64,000 nt of DNA from Myxococcales bacterium (GTDB lineage Bacteria > Myxococcota_A > Polyangia > Polyangiales > DASUME01): assembly GCA_047601445.1 (NCBI GenBank), contig JASGJH010000001.1:768001-832000 (forward strand). The letters run 5' to 3'. The position numbers were made by a program, and so were the translations under genes. Under the pieces are notes generated by a model. That model was given only the letters and a program-made list of their open reading frames with translations, had not been told where the DNA came from and searched no databases. Each line of letters starts with the position of its first letter. Within the stretch, counting starts at the first letter, position 1. Below are positions 1 to 10,127 of this stretch, piece after piece.

Positions 1-590
1 TTCACGATCCGCGGCGAGCCCACCCGCTCGAGCATAGGAAGGTCGCTGATGCTGTCGGTATAAAAGGTACTCTGGCTCAGGTCGACTCCGTGCCGCTGGG
101 CCCACGCCACGGCATGGGTAACCTTGCCGGCACCGTAACAGAGTGGGGGCTCCCAACCCCCGGTAAAGGCGCCATCCCGGACCTCCAGGCGCGTGCAGAT
201 GAGATGCTCGATGCCGAGCTCTTCCGCGAGGGGCTCGGTGATGTAGGGCGTGGACGCGCTCAGGATGGCGCAGGTGATGCCCGCGGCGAGACAACGCTCG
301 ACCTCGCGCCGGCCGCGATCGCTGATGTGCTTACGGACCGCCCGCCCATACCACTCGCGGCACTCGTTGCGCAGGGTGGCCTCGCACTGGCCGGCGATGC
401 TCGCAAACGCCTCGCGGGCGGCGCTCTCCGGGTCCAGCGTGCCCAGCTTGTACTCGAACAGGGTCTTGCTGAGACGCAGGTAGTCGAAGACTCCCACCTC
501 TTGCCGCCGCATCCGCCACCTGGCGTACAGGCGAGCGGTGTTTACGGAGACCAGGGTCTTATCCACGTCGAACAGCGCCGCTCTCTTCAC
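1..590 (-). CDS. HAD-IB family hydrolase (phosphoserine phosphatase-like), 3' end runs off the window
   Basis: Hand translation from GTG at 590 gives MKRAALFDVDKTLVSVNT (HAD motif I) and ...FYTDSISDLPMLERVGSPRIV (motif IV). The GTG overlaps the stop of the upstream gene (GTGA). Not in the ORF track. Confidence 0.85.
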   Translation of the reverse strand, partial: MKRAALFDVDKTLVSVNTARLYARWRMRRQEVGVFDYLRLSKTLFEYKLGTLDPESAAREAFASIAGQCEATLRNECREWYGRAVRKHISDRGRREVERCLAAGITCAILSASTPYITEPLAEELGIEHLICTRLEVRDGAFTGGWEPPLCYGAGKVTHAVAWAQRHGVDLSQSTFYTDSISDLPMLERVGSPRIV

Positions 591-1336
591 AACCATCCCC
601 GCGTCAGCAGCTCGGACAGCCCATTGCTCAGGGCATGAAACCAAATCGCCGCTCCGATACCACCGCGGCGCGCCCGGATGTAGCCGAACAAGAGCCCCGG
701 GAAGAACACCGCGAGCCGCGCCGGCGAGAACCCCACGATGAAGTGCAATACGGCGAACAAGGCCGCCTGGCCGATCCACGCGGGCCAGGAGAGCGGCGTG
801 CCCCACAGTGAGCCCTTGGGGGGGAACAGGTCGGCCAGGCGAGTTTGGAAGTAGCCACGGAAAAGCGCTTCCTCGGGCAGGGCGACCACCAGCAGTTGAC
901 CCAGCACGAAGTCGAGCGGCTCCGCCGGTGGCTGGAAAGTGAAGGGCTGGTGCACCCGGTGGTAGAGCGCGAAGGCCAAGACAAAGGGCGGAAACACCAG
1001 GGCGGCCAGCTTGAGCGCGAACCCGAGCTCACGCGCCATGGAGGGGAGGCCAGCGCGGAGGGCGGCGAACAGCCCCGGGTCCCGCTCGTCCTGGCGTGGC
1101 TCGAGCACCCCGTCGAGGTCGATGCCGTAGTGCGCTGCACCACGCGGATCGCGGCGGGCGCGCGCCAGGGCGCCGAACAGGAAGGTCGCCGAGAGCAGCA
1201 AGGTCCCGATGGAATCGGCGTGCCCGCTCGGTGTGTGGGTAATCACCCACGTGACCAAGGTGACGGCCAGGTAGGAGATCCCCAGCTCCCTCGCGATGGC
1301 TCCTCTCGACTCAGTGTAAGGCGCTGCCTTGACCAT
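587..1336 (-). CDS. CPBP/Abi-family intramembrane glutamic endopeptidase, myxosortase-like
   Basis: EEALFRG, FAVLH and FHALSN motifs with several TM segments. Start placed at ATG 1336 to avoid overlap with dnaG. Confidence 0.8.
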   Translation of the reverse strand: MVKAAPYTESRGAIARELGISYLAVTLVTWVITHTPSGHADSIGTLLLSATFLFGALARARRDPRGAAHYGIDLDGVLEPRQDERDPGLFAALRAGLPSMARELGFALKLAALVFPPFVLAFALYHRVHQPFTFQPPAEPLDFVLGQLLVVALPEEALFRGYFQTRLADLFPPKGSLWGTPLSWPAWIGQAALFAVLHFIVGFSPARLAVFFPGLLFGYIRARRGGIGAAIWFHALSNGLSELLTRGWL

Positions 1337-1370
1337 GCAGGGCGATCTCTCTACATCGTGTGGCTTGACG

Positions 1371-3236
1371 ATGCTCGCCGAAGGGAAAATCGACGAGATC
1401 CGTGGGAGCGTGGACCTGGTCGCGCTCATCAACGAATACGTGCCCCTGCGGCGCCAAGGAGCGCGCTTCGTGGGGCTGTGTCCCTTTCATCAGGAGAAGA
1501 CTCCTTCGTTCGGCGTCTCGCGCGGCAAGGACTTCTACTACTGCTTCGGTTGCCAGGCCACGGGCGACGCCTTCACGTTCCTGCGTCACGTGGAGGGGCT
1601 CAGCTTCGTGGAGGCGGCCCAAAAGCTGGCCGAGCGTGCCGGCATCGAGCTGCCGAAGGCCGACGATCCAGGGCAGGCCGCCATGCAGCGCGTGCGCGCC
1701 CAGCGCGAGCGGTTGGCCGAGGTCATGCTCGCGGCGCAGACCTTCTTCGAGGCCGAGCTCTCGCGGCACCCCCACGCTGAGGCCGCGCGCGCTCAGATCC
1801 AGAAGCGCGGCATCCGGCCCGAGATCGCGGAGCGCTTTCATCTGGGTTACGCGCCGTCGGGCTGGGACGGCCTCGCCCAGCACCTGACCCAGCTCCGCAT
1901 CGACCTGCGCGACGCCACCGACGTGGGCCTGATCGCCCCGCGTCGCCAGGGCAGCGGCTACTACGATCGCTTTCGCCATCGCCTGATGTTCCCGGTGGCC
2001 GACCAGCACGGTCGCATCATCGCCTTCAGCGGGCGCATGCTCGAGCCGCCGCCGGGGGCACCGCCCGACAACGCGCCGCCCGCCAAGTACATCAACAGCC
2101 CCGAGGGGCCGCTGTACAAGAAGGGCCAGGTCCTGTTCGGCCTCGAGACCGCTCGCGTGGCCATGCGCAAGCACAACCAGGTGATCCTGTGCGAGGGCAA
2201 CTTCGACCTGCTCGGCATCTATCAGGCCGGCTTCGAGCACGTGTTGGCGCCGCTCGGCACCGCATTCACGCTGGAGCAAGCGCGCTTGATTCGCCGCTTC
2301 GCCGAGGAGGTCGTGGTGGTGTTCGACGGCGACGGCGCGGGTCGCAAGGCGACGCGGGCGGCCTACGATCTGCTCGAGGGGGCGGGGCTGCGCGGCAAAG
2401 TGGTGGTGCTCCCACCGGGGCACGATCCGGACACCTTCTTGCGTGAGCACGGGGTCGAGCGCTTTCATGCCGCAGTGCAGCATGCCGTTCCGATGGTCGA
2501 CTTCCTCATCGACGCTGCCGCCAACCAGCCCCAGGACGTCGACGCGGCCACGCGCTCCCAGGCCATCCGAAGTCTCGGTCCGGTGCTCGCGAAGCTGCCG
2601 CCGGCCGAGCTCCACCTGCGCCTGGAGCGCGTCGCCCAGCGCTTCGAGATCCGCGATCTCAACGTGATCAGGCACGAACTTAGGCTCGGCGTGCTGGCTT
2701 CGCGCAAGGCCACCGAAGGCCGCTCCGGGGAGGCCCGACGCGCACCCAACAGCACCGCACCGCAGGCGCCCAATCAGCCGGTGTCCGCGCCTGTCGCACC
2801 CCCGCGCAGAATCACCGACTTACCCGAGCGACAGTGCCAGGTACTCGGAGCGATGCTCGACTGCCCCGCGTTGTTCCGGAAACAGGAAGCGCATCAATTG
2901 GCCGAGCTTTTGACGGATTCCGATCTTCGGGCCATCTTTCTGGTCACAGCGCGAATGGTCGAGGAGCGAGGGGACGTAGACGCGCGGTCGCTGCTCGAAC
3001 ATCTGGCGCAGAACCCGGCGCGGACATGGTTGGCAAAACGTCTATCGAGTACCCCTGAACTCGATGCAGAGCGCGCAGAGCAAGTGTGGATTAAGGGACT
3101 GCCTTTACTTGATCGCGATCGAAGGGATGAGCAGCGCGCAAGGCTCAAACGAGAAATCCAGATCGCACTTCAGAGTGGTGACACACAACGCGCGCAGGAA
3201 CTGACGCGCCAACGAGATGAGCTGGCCAAGTCGTGA
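1371..3236 (+). CDS. dnaG: DNA primase
   Basis: CPFH..CFGC zinc finger, YDRFR, KYINSPE, Toprim EG..D and FDGDGAG; directly upstream of rpoD. Confidence 0.97.
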   Translation: MLAEGKIDEIRGSVDLVALINEYVPLRRQGARFVGLCPFHQEKTPSFGVSRGKDFYYCFGCQATGDAFTFLRHVEGLSFVEAAQKLAERAGIELPKADDPGQAAMQRVRAQRERLAEVMLAAQTFFEAELSRHPHAEAARAQIQKRGIRPEIAERFHLGYAPSGWDGLAQHLTQLRIDLRDATDVGLIAPRRQGSGYYDRFRHRLMFPVADQHGRIIAFSGRMLEPPPGAPPDNAPPAKYINSPEGPLYKKGQVLFGLETARVAMRKHNQVILCEGNFDLLGIYQAGFEHVLAPLGTAFTLEQARLIRRFAEEVVVVFDGDGAGRKATRAAYDLLEGAGLRGKVVVLPPGHDPDTFLREHGVERFHAAVQHAVPMVDFLIDAAANQPQDVDAATRSQAIRSLGPVLAKLPPAELHLRLERVAQRFEIRDLNVIRHELRLGVLASRKATEGRSGEARRAPNSTAPQAPNQPVSAPVAPPRRITDLPERQCQVLGAMLDCPALFRKQEAHQLAELLTDSDLRAIFLVTARMVEERGDVDARSLLEHLAQNPARTWLAKRLSSTPELDAERAEQVWIKGLPLLDRDRRDEQRARLKREIQIALQSGDTQRAQELTRQRDELAKS

Positions 3237-3259
3237 GAACGAGTGGCCGAGAGGTGAGC

Positions 3260-5584
3260 ATGGCGGAGAACGAAGAGCGCACCGGACGCAAAGAAAAGTC
3301 GAAGACGGGCAAGAGCAAAGCTTCGGCCAAGGCGTCCGCCTCAGGGCATCGGTCCTCGATGCGCCCGCCGGCACCGACCAAGAGCGTTCCGCCCGCAAAG
3401 GGCGCCGCGAAGAGCAAGGCTCCCCCGGCTCCCGCCAAGGCGGCCACCGGCACCAAGGCTGCCAAGGGCAAGGCCACCGCCAAGGCCAAAGCTGCTGCGC
3501 CGGCGAAGCCTGCGAAGAAGGCCAAGGCGGCCGCGCGCGAGGTCGACGAGGACGACGACGACGAGGGTGACGACTTCGACTCCGACTTCCCCGAAGTGGA
3601 AGACTCCGACTCCGAGGGCGACTCGGAGCGCGAAGAGGCCGAGTTCGACGCGGACGAGTCCGAGAGCGACGCGCCGCCGCCTCCCACCGCGAGCAAGAAC
3701 AAGAAGAAGATGAAGGACCGCCCCGAGGTCCTGAAGCTGATCGCCAAGGGCAAGGAGAAGGGCTTCGTCACCTACGACGATGTCAACGACTCACTACCCG
3801 ACGACATGTCCTCCGCCGACGACATCGACGACCTGATGTCCACGCTGGCCGAGCAAAAGATCTCGGTGGTTGACGCGAGTGCCCCGATGGCGCCCGTGCA
3901 GATCACCACCAAGGCCGCGAAGCCGCGCTCGGCCGCCGCAGAGGAGCGCAAGGCCAAGGCCTTCCGTCGCGCCACCACGCTCTCCGATCGTCCCCCGGTC
4001 GATGAGGACAAGCTGTCCTCCATTGCGCCTCCGCCCTTCGTAGAGCGCGCGCCGACCAGCAGCGGCGGCGGCGACGACAGCTACTCCGGCAAGTCCAACG
4101 ACCCCGTCCGCATGTACCTGCGCAAGATGGGCTCGGTCTCGTTGCTCACCCGCGAGGGCGAGGTCGAGATCGCCAAGCGCATCGAGGACGGCGAGCTCAA
4201 GGTCTTCGAGGTCATCCTCAAGAGCAAGGTGGGTCTCGAGGAGATCCTCGAGCTCGGCGAGAAGCTCAAGAAGGGCAAGATTCGCGTCAAGGACGTCGTC
4301 AAGGACGGTGACGTCGAAGAGGGCCAGGAGTTCGACGAGGTCGAGGTCACCAAGCGCGTGATCCGCTTGCTCGACAAGGTACGCCGCGTCGAGGGCCACA
4401 ATCAGAAGGTCCGCGAGGAGCTCGAGCAGGGCAAGAAGCTCACCGAGAAGCAGAAGAAGACCCTTCGCGCCACGCTCGACAAGAACCGGCTCGAGCTGCT
4501 GGATACCCTGCGCGAGGTGCGCTTCGCCAAGAAGCAGGTCGACGCCATCGTCGGCAAGCTCAAGAGCTACGTCCGTCGCATCGACGAGTCCGAAGCCGCC
4601 ATCCGCGATGCCGAGGAACGCACGGGCCAGATCCCGGTCGCCCAGATGCCCAAGTGGGTGCAGGAGATCGAGCTCAACCCCACGCTCGAGAAGAAGCTCG
4701 AGAAAAAGCACGGCATCAACCTCGAGGCGCTGCAGGTTCAGCTCCAGCGCTGCGAGGAGTCGCGCGCCGACATCATCAAGGTCGAAGAGGAGATGGGCCA
4801 GTCGGTCCAGAAGCTTCGCGAGACCTACAAGGAGCTTCACGAGGGCGAGCGTTCTGCGGAGCGCGCGAAGGCCGAGCTCGTCGAGGCCAACCTGCGCCTC
4901 GTGGTGTCCATCGCGAAGAAGTACACCAACCGCGGCCTGCAGTTCCTGGATCTGATCCAGGAGGGCAACATCGGCTTGATGAAGGCGGTCGACAAGTTCG
5001 AGTACCGCCGTGGCTACAAGTTCTCCACCTACGCAACGTGGTGGATTCGCCAGGCCATCACGCGTGCCATCGCCGACCAGGCGCGCACCATCCGCATCCC
5101 CGTGCACATGATCGAGACCATCAACAAGCTGGTGCGCACGTCGCGCTACTTGGTGCAGGAGCTCGGCCGGGAGCCGTCGCCCGAGGAGATCGCCGAGCGC
5201 ATGGAGATGCCGCTCGACAAGGTCCGCAAGGTCCTCAAGATCGCCAAGGAACCCATCTCGCTGGAGACACCCATCGGCGAGGAGGAAGACAGCCATCTTG
5301 GCGACTTCATCGAGGACAAGTCGGTGTCGTCCCCGGTGGAAGTGGTCATCTCGAATAACCTCGAGGACAGCACGCGTCGGGTCCTCAAGACGCTCACGCC
5401 GCGCGAGGAGAAGGTGCTCCGCATGCGCTTCGGCATCGGCGAGAAGAGCGACCACACCCTCGAAGAGGTTGGCCAGGACTTCGAGGTCACGCGCGAACGC
5501 ATTCGCCAGATCGAAGCCAAGGCTCTGCGGAAGCTTCGGCACCCCAGCCGGAGCAAGCAGCTGAAGTCCTTCATCGAAACCTGA
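3260..5584 (+). CDS. rpoD: Primary RNA polymerase sigma-70 factor with long K/A-rich and acidic N-terminal extension
   Basis: [57 protein letters not shown] and [19 protein letters not shown]. Confidence 0.98.
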   Translation: MAENEERTGRKEKSKTGKSKASAKASASGHRSSMRPPAPTKSVPPAKGAAKSKAPPAPAKAATGTKAAKGKATAKAKAAAPAKPAKKAKAAAREVDEDDDDEGDDFDSDFPEVEDSDSEGDSEREEAEFDADESESDAPPPPTASKNKKKMKDRPEVLKLIAKGKEKGFVTYDDVNDSLPDDMSSADDIDDLMSTLAEQKISVVDASAPMAPVQITTKAAKPRSAAAEERKAKAFRRATTLSDRPPVDEDKLSSIAPPPFVERAPTSSGGGDDSYSGKSNDPVRMYLRKMGSVSLLTREGEVEIAKRIEDGELKVFEVILKSKVGLEEILELGEKLKKGKIRVKDVVKDGDVEEGQEFDEVEVTKRVIRLLDKVRRVEGHNQKVREELEQGKKLTEKQKKTLRATLDKNRLELLDTLREVRFAKKQVDAIVGKLKSYVRRIDESEAAIRDAEERTGQIPVAQMPKWVQEIELNPTLEKKLEKKHGINLEALQVQLQRCEESRADIIKVEEEMGQSVQKLRETYKELHEGERSAERAKAELVEANLRLVVSIAKKYTNRGLQFLDLIQEGNIGLMKAVDKFEYRRGYKFSTYATWWIRQAITRAIADQARTIRIPVHMIETINKLVRTSRYLVQELGREPSPEEIAERMEMPLDKVRKVLKIAKEPISLETPIGEEEDSHLGDFIEDKSVSSPVEVVISNNLEDSTRRVLKTLTPREEKVLRMRFGIGEKSDHTLEEVGQDFEVTRERIRQIEAKALRKLRHPSRSKQLKSFIET

Positions 5585-5628
5585 GCTGGCCTAGCGCGGC
5601 CCGTCGGGCCGCCCGCGCGCCTACCGCC

Positions 5629-5659
5629 AAGCCCAGCCCCCCACCGAGGAGCTGGGCTT
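5629..5659 (+). terminator. Stem-loop after rpoD (possible terminator)
   Basis: AAGCCCAGC...GCTGGGCTT inverted repeat about 45 nt after the stop; weak U tract. Confidence 0.45.
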
Positions 5660-5750
5660 CGCTGCTTTGGGTCCCAGAAAGCCCTCGGAGCTGTTCTGCG
5701 CGCCCTAGGCGCCGATACCTCGGCGCAAGCGAGTGAGGCACCCAGTTCAA

Positions 5751-5900
5751 CATGGCAGGCGTTTGCCGGCGTCCGGGGCGGTCGAGTCGCGAGCGCGCCC
5801 GCAGGTGCCGACTGATGCGTACTTCCTGTATGCCGCAGGGGGGCGCAGAGGACGTAAGCCGCGAATCGGCCGCCCCGGGCGCCTGCAAACGCCCACCATG
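5751..5900. mobile_element. MITE/REP-like inverted-repeat element abutting the tRNA-Ile 3' end
   Basis: 40-bp arms 5751-5790 and 5861-5900 are reverse complements at 34/40 positions. The core resembles that of the 42211-42373 element. Confidence 0.6.
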
Positions 5901-5974
5901 GTGGGCCCACCGGGACTTGAACCCAGAACGTTCCCGTTATGAGCGGGGGGCTCTAACCATTGAGCTATGGGCCC
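5899..5974 (-). tRNA. ileX: tRNA-Ile2 (CAT anticodon, lysidine-modified)
   Basis: GGGCCCATAGCTCAATGGTTAGAGC...CTCATAA...GGTTCAAGTCC...GGGCCCACCA. It has a paired G1-C72 (so not initiator) and C4-G69/C5-G68 TilS determinants, and lies next to rpoD. Confidence 0.88.
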
Positions 5975-6114
5975 GGGACCGAGCCGTCACCGGCTCGGCC
6001 TCCGGGTGTTTCTAGCACGCAAAATCACGCTGTCCGCATGTCGGCTTCTTGCGCTTATGACAGTTCGGCGGTACGCACGCGCCAACCGGGCCGTTGTGCC
6101 CACGAGGAGGCTGC

Positions 6115-6879
6115 GTGAGCGTACGGGAACAGCTGGTGGCACTCGCCAAGCTCGGACGCATCGATGCGTCCACCCACGAGTTCGATCAGGAACTCAAGCA
6201 AATCCCGAAAGAAGTCGACCAACTGCGGGAGAGCGTCTCGCTCCTCGAGGGGCTGCTGGCCAAGGAGCGTCGGGAGCTCGAAGAGGCCCAGCGGCTGTGC
6301 GAACAGCAGGACAGCGGGGTCAAGGAGGCAGCCGATGGCATCGCGCGGGCCAAGGCCAAGAGCGCCAAGGCCAAGAACGCCCGCGAGGCGGAGGCGGTCG
6401 AGCGTGAGCTCGAAGTGCTGCGGCGCACACAAAAGGAGCGCGAGGTCGAGCGCGACCGCCTGAACGCGGCCATCGCGCAGGTCAAGGGCTCCCTGGACCA
6501 GCACCAGACCGAGTTCACGGGGCTGAAGGAGCATCTGGCGCAGAAGGACGCCGAAGCTCAGGTCCGCATCGCCGAACTCGAGGCCAAGCGCCAGGTCGCA
6601 CTCCACGGCCGCGACGAACTGGCCAGCTTGGTGCCGCGCGACGTGTTGCCTCGCTACGACGCCCTACGTCACCGCAGGGGCAGCGGCGTAGCCGAGGTAC
6701 GCGACGGTATTTGTCAGGGCTGCCGTATGTCGGTGCGCCCGATGCAATACATCGTGATTCAGCGCGAGGAAGGCATCGAGCGCTGCGCCCACTGTCAGCG
6801 TTACCTGTACTGGGGGCGCTGGCTGGCGGAGGACAACAAGGTCCTCGACGCAGGCGAGCAGGGCGAGCCCAAGGAGTGA
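6115..6879 (+). CDS. C4-type zinc-ribbon coiled-coil protein (DUF164/CT398-like)
   Basis: Long coiled coil followed by GICQGCRMSV...RCAHCQRYLY. GAGGAGG RBS precedes GTG 6115. Confidence 0.88.
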   Translation: MSVREQLVALAKLGRIDASTHEFDQELKQIPKEVDQLRESVSLLEGLLAKERRELEEAQRLCEQQDSGVKEAADGIARAKAKSAKAKNAREAEAVERELEVLRRTQKEREVERDRLNAAIAQVKGSLDQHQTEFTGLKEHLAQKDAEAQVRIAELEAKRQVALHGRDELASLVPRDVLPRYDALRHRRGSGVAEVRDGICQGCRMSVRPMQYIVIQREEGIERCAHCQRYLYWGRWLAEDNKVLDAGEQGEPKE

Positions 6880-6981
6880 ACCGCGCGGCCCAAGGCCGCG
6901 CGAGCTCCATGCCGAGCACTCGAATCGTCGTGGTCGCGACGTTCCGGTGCCCGCCAAGCGGCGATGACGGGCGCTCGGGTC

Positions 6982-8370
6982 TCACCGACGGGCGCGACGC
7001 GCCGACGCCCTGCGCGCGGCCATCGCGAGCGCGACGAGCGCCAGGAGCCACCACCCGCGTGCCCGGGGTGACCGGCTGAGCAGGGCGCTGCAACCGGAGT
7101 CCTTGGAGGACTTGGGGGTCGTTCCGGTGCCCCCGTCGCAGGCCGATTCCTGGCACGGATCGATGGGCTGGAGGTCGTCGCCGTCTCCGCCGCCGGTCCC
7201 AGCGTCGCTCTGAGAGCCCGGCGTCAGCGTGCAGTCACTCCAGCATGCGTCACCGTCGACCTGATTGGCATCGTCACAGGCTTCCTTGCCGGCGTTGTTC
7301 ACCATGCCGTCGCCGCAGAACTCCAGCTCGCAGCTCGCGGCGCAGCCGTCGCCCGCCACCACGTTTCCGTCGTCGCATTCCTCGCCGGTCTGCGTGGTGC
7401 CGTCACCGCAGTCCTTGAGCGTGCAGGCGCTGCTGCAAGCGTCGCTCTCGTCGGTGTTTCCGTCGTCGCATTGCTCTCCGCTGCTCACGATGCTGTCGCC
7501 GCATACCGGCGCGCTGCAGTCGTTCTTGCACGCGTCGACGTTGACCGCGTTCCCGTCGTCGCAGGCCTCGCCCGTGGACTTGACCCCGTCGCCGCACTCG
7601 GGAGCGCTGCAGTCGTTCTTGCATGCGTCCGTGTTCAGGCTGTTTCCGTCGTCGCATTCCTCGTTCGCTGCGGTCGCGGCGTCGCCGCAATAGGCAGCCG
7701 AACAGTCGGCCTTGCAACCCGCGTCGTCGTCGCAGGCCTCGAGCCCCTCCACCACGTCGTTGCCGCAGGTGGACGTCGGGATGGTTCCGGTCGTGCCCGC
7801 GTTGTTGCGCGGGGTGGGCGTCCCGGCCTGAAAGTCGGTGGCGCTGTCGTCGGTGTCGTCGCCCGCCTCGAGCAGGCCGTTGCCCTTGAGGTTGCGTTGG
7901 AGTGCCTTACCCGCAGGGATTCCCGAGGCAGGTAGCGCGGGCTTGCCGACGCCCGTCGCGCTGCCGGTGTAGTTGCCCCAGGCGACGCAGTCGATGCTCT
8001 CGAAGCAGACCTTGCCGCCGGCTGCGCTGATCGGGGCTGTGAGTACCAGGTCCGGGGTCACGTTGAAGAGCGTCTGCGCGTCCGCGGTGGCCAGGAGCAC
8101 CGTGGCCTGGTTGGCACCGGAGCCCACGTTGCCCGGGAATTTCGCCGTCAGCACCGACACGCCCGCCGCGTCGAACACCTGCACGGTGTGCTGGCTGAGG
8201 ACGTTTTGGCCCATCGCGTACATCTGAAGCTCGATGTACGAGGCGTTGGGCTTGAGCGCGGTGCCAGCGAAGACCTCGCTGATGCTCATCAAGTGGTGAT
8301 TCGCGTGGGCCGACTGGGCGTGTGCGAGCGCGCCGGCACCGACAAGCAGGGACAGGATTGCGCGTTTCAA
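6982..8370 (-). CDS. Secreted surface protein: lamin-tail-like N-domain, myxobacterial Cys-rich (DUF4215-type) repeats, MYXO-CTERM-like tail
   Basis: Signal peptide MKRAILSLL..AHA; ISEV..YIEL; about 6 CGDG...ECDDGN...C...C repeats; C-terminal SGCS-linker-hydrophobic helix-Arg-rich end. Confidence 0.85.
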   Translation of the reverse strand: MKRAILSLLVGAGALAHAQSAHANHHLMSISEVFAGTALKPNASYIELQMYAMGQNVLSQHTVQVFDAAGVSVLTAKFPGNVGSGANQATVLLATADAQTLFNVTPDLVLTAPISAAGGKVCFESIDCVAWGNYTGSATGVGKPALPASGIPAGKALQRNLKGNGLLEAGDDTDDSATDFQAGTPTPRNNAGTTGTIPTSTCGNDVVEGLEACDDDAGCKADCSAAYCGDAATAANEECDDGNSLNTDACKNDCSAPECGDGVKSTGEACDDGNAVNVDACKNDCSAPVCGDSIVSSGEQCDDGNTDESDACSSACTLKDCGDGTTQTGEECDDGNVVAGDGCAASCELEFCGDGMVNNAGKEACDDANQVDGDACWSDCTLTPGSQSDAGTGGGDGDDLQPIDPCQESACDGGTGTTPKSSKDSGCSALLSRSPRARGWWLLALVALAMAARRASARRARR

Positions 8371-8389
8371 GGGAGCTCCTCGGTTCTTT

Positions 8390-8417
8390 GCTCGCGCGCC
8401 CGAGGGCGCGCTTCGAC
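8390..8417. repeat. REP-like palindrome, copy 1 (GCTCGCGCGCCCGAGGGCGCGCTTCGAC)
   Basis: Identical 28-mer also at 40502-40529 and 41441-41468. Stem GCGCGCCC/GGGCGCGC. Confidence 0.8.
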
Positions 8418-8444
8418 CAGAGCCCGCCGGCGCAGAGGTCCCCC

Positions 8445-9371
8445 TCAGCCTCCCACCAACGACAACCACTCGGGATGGGGCTTCCCCTCACCGCGGACGA
8501 CCTCAAAGTACCGCTTTTGTACCTTTTCGGTAACTGGACCGCGTGCGCCGATACCGATTTGCCGGTCGTCGATTTCGCGCACGGGCGTGATCTCCGCCGC
8601 GGTGCCGCACATGAAGACCTCGTCTGCGATGTACAGCTCGTCGCGGGTGATGGTGCGCTCCACCAGCTTGAGCCCCAGCTCGTCGCACAGCTGAATGACG
8701 GTGTCGCGGGTAATTCCCCCGAGAATCGAGGCACCTAGCGGCGGCGTGTAGATGACGCCCTTCTTCACCATGAAGATGTTCTCACCCGACGCCTCGGCCA
8801 CGCAGCCCTGGGTGTCGAGCATGATGGCTTCCTGATAGCCGGCCGCCATCACCTCGCGCTTGGCGAGGATCGAGTTCACGTAGTGCCCGACGATCTTGCC
8901 CTTGGCCATCACCGAGTTGATACCGGGGCGTGTGAAGGAGCTCACCTTGGCACGAATGCCCTTCTTGAGGCCCTCGTCCCCCAGGTAGGCACCCCATTTC
9001 CAGACCACCACCGTGAGATGGGTCCGGTTCTCGGTGGCACCGAGCCCCATGGCCCCCGATCCCAGGAACGCCAGCGGCCGCAGGTAGCACTCGGCGAGCT
9101 TGTTCACCCGCACGGTCTCCAGGCACGCAGCCACGACCTCCTCGCGGCTCTGCTCCAGCTTCATCGTACAGATGTGGGCGGATTCGAAGAGACGGTCGAC
9201 GTGCTCCTGAAGTCGGAAGATCGCGCTCTGCCCGTTGGCCAGCTTGTAGCAGCGGATACCCTCGAAGACCCCGAGCCCGTAGTGCAGGGTGTGCGTGAGC
9301 ACGTGCACCTTGGCGTCGTCCCAGTTGACGAGCGCACCATCGAGCCAGATTTTCTCCACTTTATCGACCAT
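8445..9371 (-). CDS. ilvE: Branched-chain amino acid aminotransferase
   Basis: LHYGLGVFEGIR, YLRP, EASGENIF, LGGITR and GTAAEITPV. Confidence 0.96.
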   Translation of the reverse strand: MVDKVEKIWLDGALVNWDDAKVHVLTHTLHYGLGVFEGIRCYKLANGQSAIFRLQEHVDRLFESAHICTMKLEQSREEVVAACLETVRVNKLAECYLRPLAFLGSGAMGLGATENRTHLTVVVWKWGAYLGDEGLKKGIRAKVSSFTRPGINSVMAKGKIVGHYVNSILAKREVMAAGYQEAIMLDTQGCVAEASGENIFMVKKGVIYTPPLGASILGGITRDTVIQLCDELGLKLVERTITRDELYIADEVFMCGTAAEITPVREIDDRQIGIGARGPVTEKVQKRYFEVVRGEGKPHPEWLSLVGG

Positions 9372-9481
9372 CGAGCGCCTCCAAACGGAAGGCAGTGATC
9401 GCATGGCCGCGCGGGCCCGTCCACGATTTGCTGGCGCACGCAGCCGCCCATTTCCGAAGGGTGGGCGCCCGGGCCGCTCGG

Positions 9482-9510
9482 TTGACGCTGAAACCCCCGT
9501 CTAGTACAAC
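9482..9510 (+). promoter_or_regulatory. Sigma-70-type promoter upstream of yajC-secDF
   Basis: TTGACG-17 bp-TACAAC. Confidence 0.55.
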
Positions 9511-9677
9511 CGCGCGGCCTCAGATCCCGGTGCGCCAGTGTCTCGTTCAGAGCTTGGTCGGCATCATGCTAGGGCAGCCTAAGCGACTCGCTCGCCGGGT
9601 CGTTGGGGTGGGGTGGCGGCTCTCGGCGGTGGAGAGCTCGGATGAAGCCCGTTGCAGGTTAGCGCAGGAGTTTCCCT

Positions 9678-10070
9678 TTGTACGGCCTTTTGCACATTTT
9701 GACGACCTGGTTACAGCCCGATGCGAGCTCGGGTGCGGCGCCAGTGAGCAGCAGCCCGGCGCGCGCGCCGGGTGGTCTCGACGGGGGGCTCACGAACATC
9801 GGCCTGATGGCGCTGATGATGGTGGTCTTCTGGTTGGTGCTGATCCGGCCCCAACAGAAGAAGCAGAAAGAGCTCGACGCGCTGCTCAAGCAGCTCAAGA
9901 AGGGCCAAAAGGTTCGCACCAGCGGGGGCATTCGCGGCGAGATCGTCGACTTCAAAACTGAAGCCGGCGACGAGGTGGTGCTGATGATCGCCGACCGCGT
10001 GAAGATCAACATTCTTCGTTCTCACGTCGCCGGGCTCGTGGAGCAGGGCGAGCAAGAGCAGAAGAGCTGA
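9678..10070 (+). CDS. yajC: Preprotein translocase subunit YajC
   Basis: TM followed by IRPQQKKQKE..LKKGQKVRTSGGIRGEI. AGGAG RBS precedes the TTG start; upstream of secD. Confidence 0.93.
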   Translation: MYGLLHILTTWLQPDASSGAAPVSSSPARAPGGLDGGLTNIGLMALMMVVFWLVLIRPQQKKQKELDALLKQLKKGQKVRTSGGIRGEIVDFKTEAGDEVVLMIADRVKINILRSHVAGLVEQGEQEQKS

Positions 10071-10127
10071 GGGGTTCGGAGCCGCGCGAGCGCGCTTCGA
10101 GTCTCAAGCCAGAAGGCTGAGAGAGAT

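Noticed and set aside
90..638. Plus-strand 182-aa ORF
   Set aside because: Antisense to the HAD hydrolase, which has clear motifs.
3794..5542. Long antisense ORFs opposite rpoD (and similarly opposite dnaG, secD, ftsH, tamB, tamA, miaB, dbpA)
   Set aside because: Typical stop-poor shadow frames of high-GC genes, with no motifs.
5751..5900. Retron msr/msd or 6S RNA interpretation of the long hairpin
   Set aside because: No reverse transcriptase in the window and no recognisable 6S central bubble. Similarity to the 42211 element favours a repeat element.
8724..8728. Other GAATC sites (e.g. in ilvE, recJ) as further insertion errors
   Set aside because: The frames stay intact with conserved residues, so these are genuine sequence.
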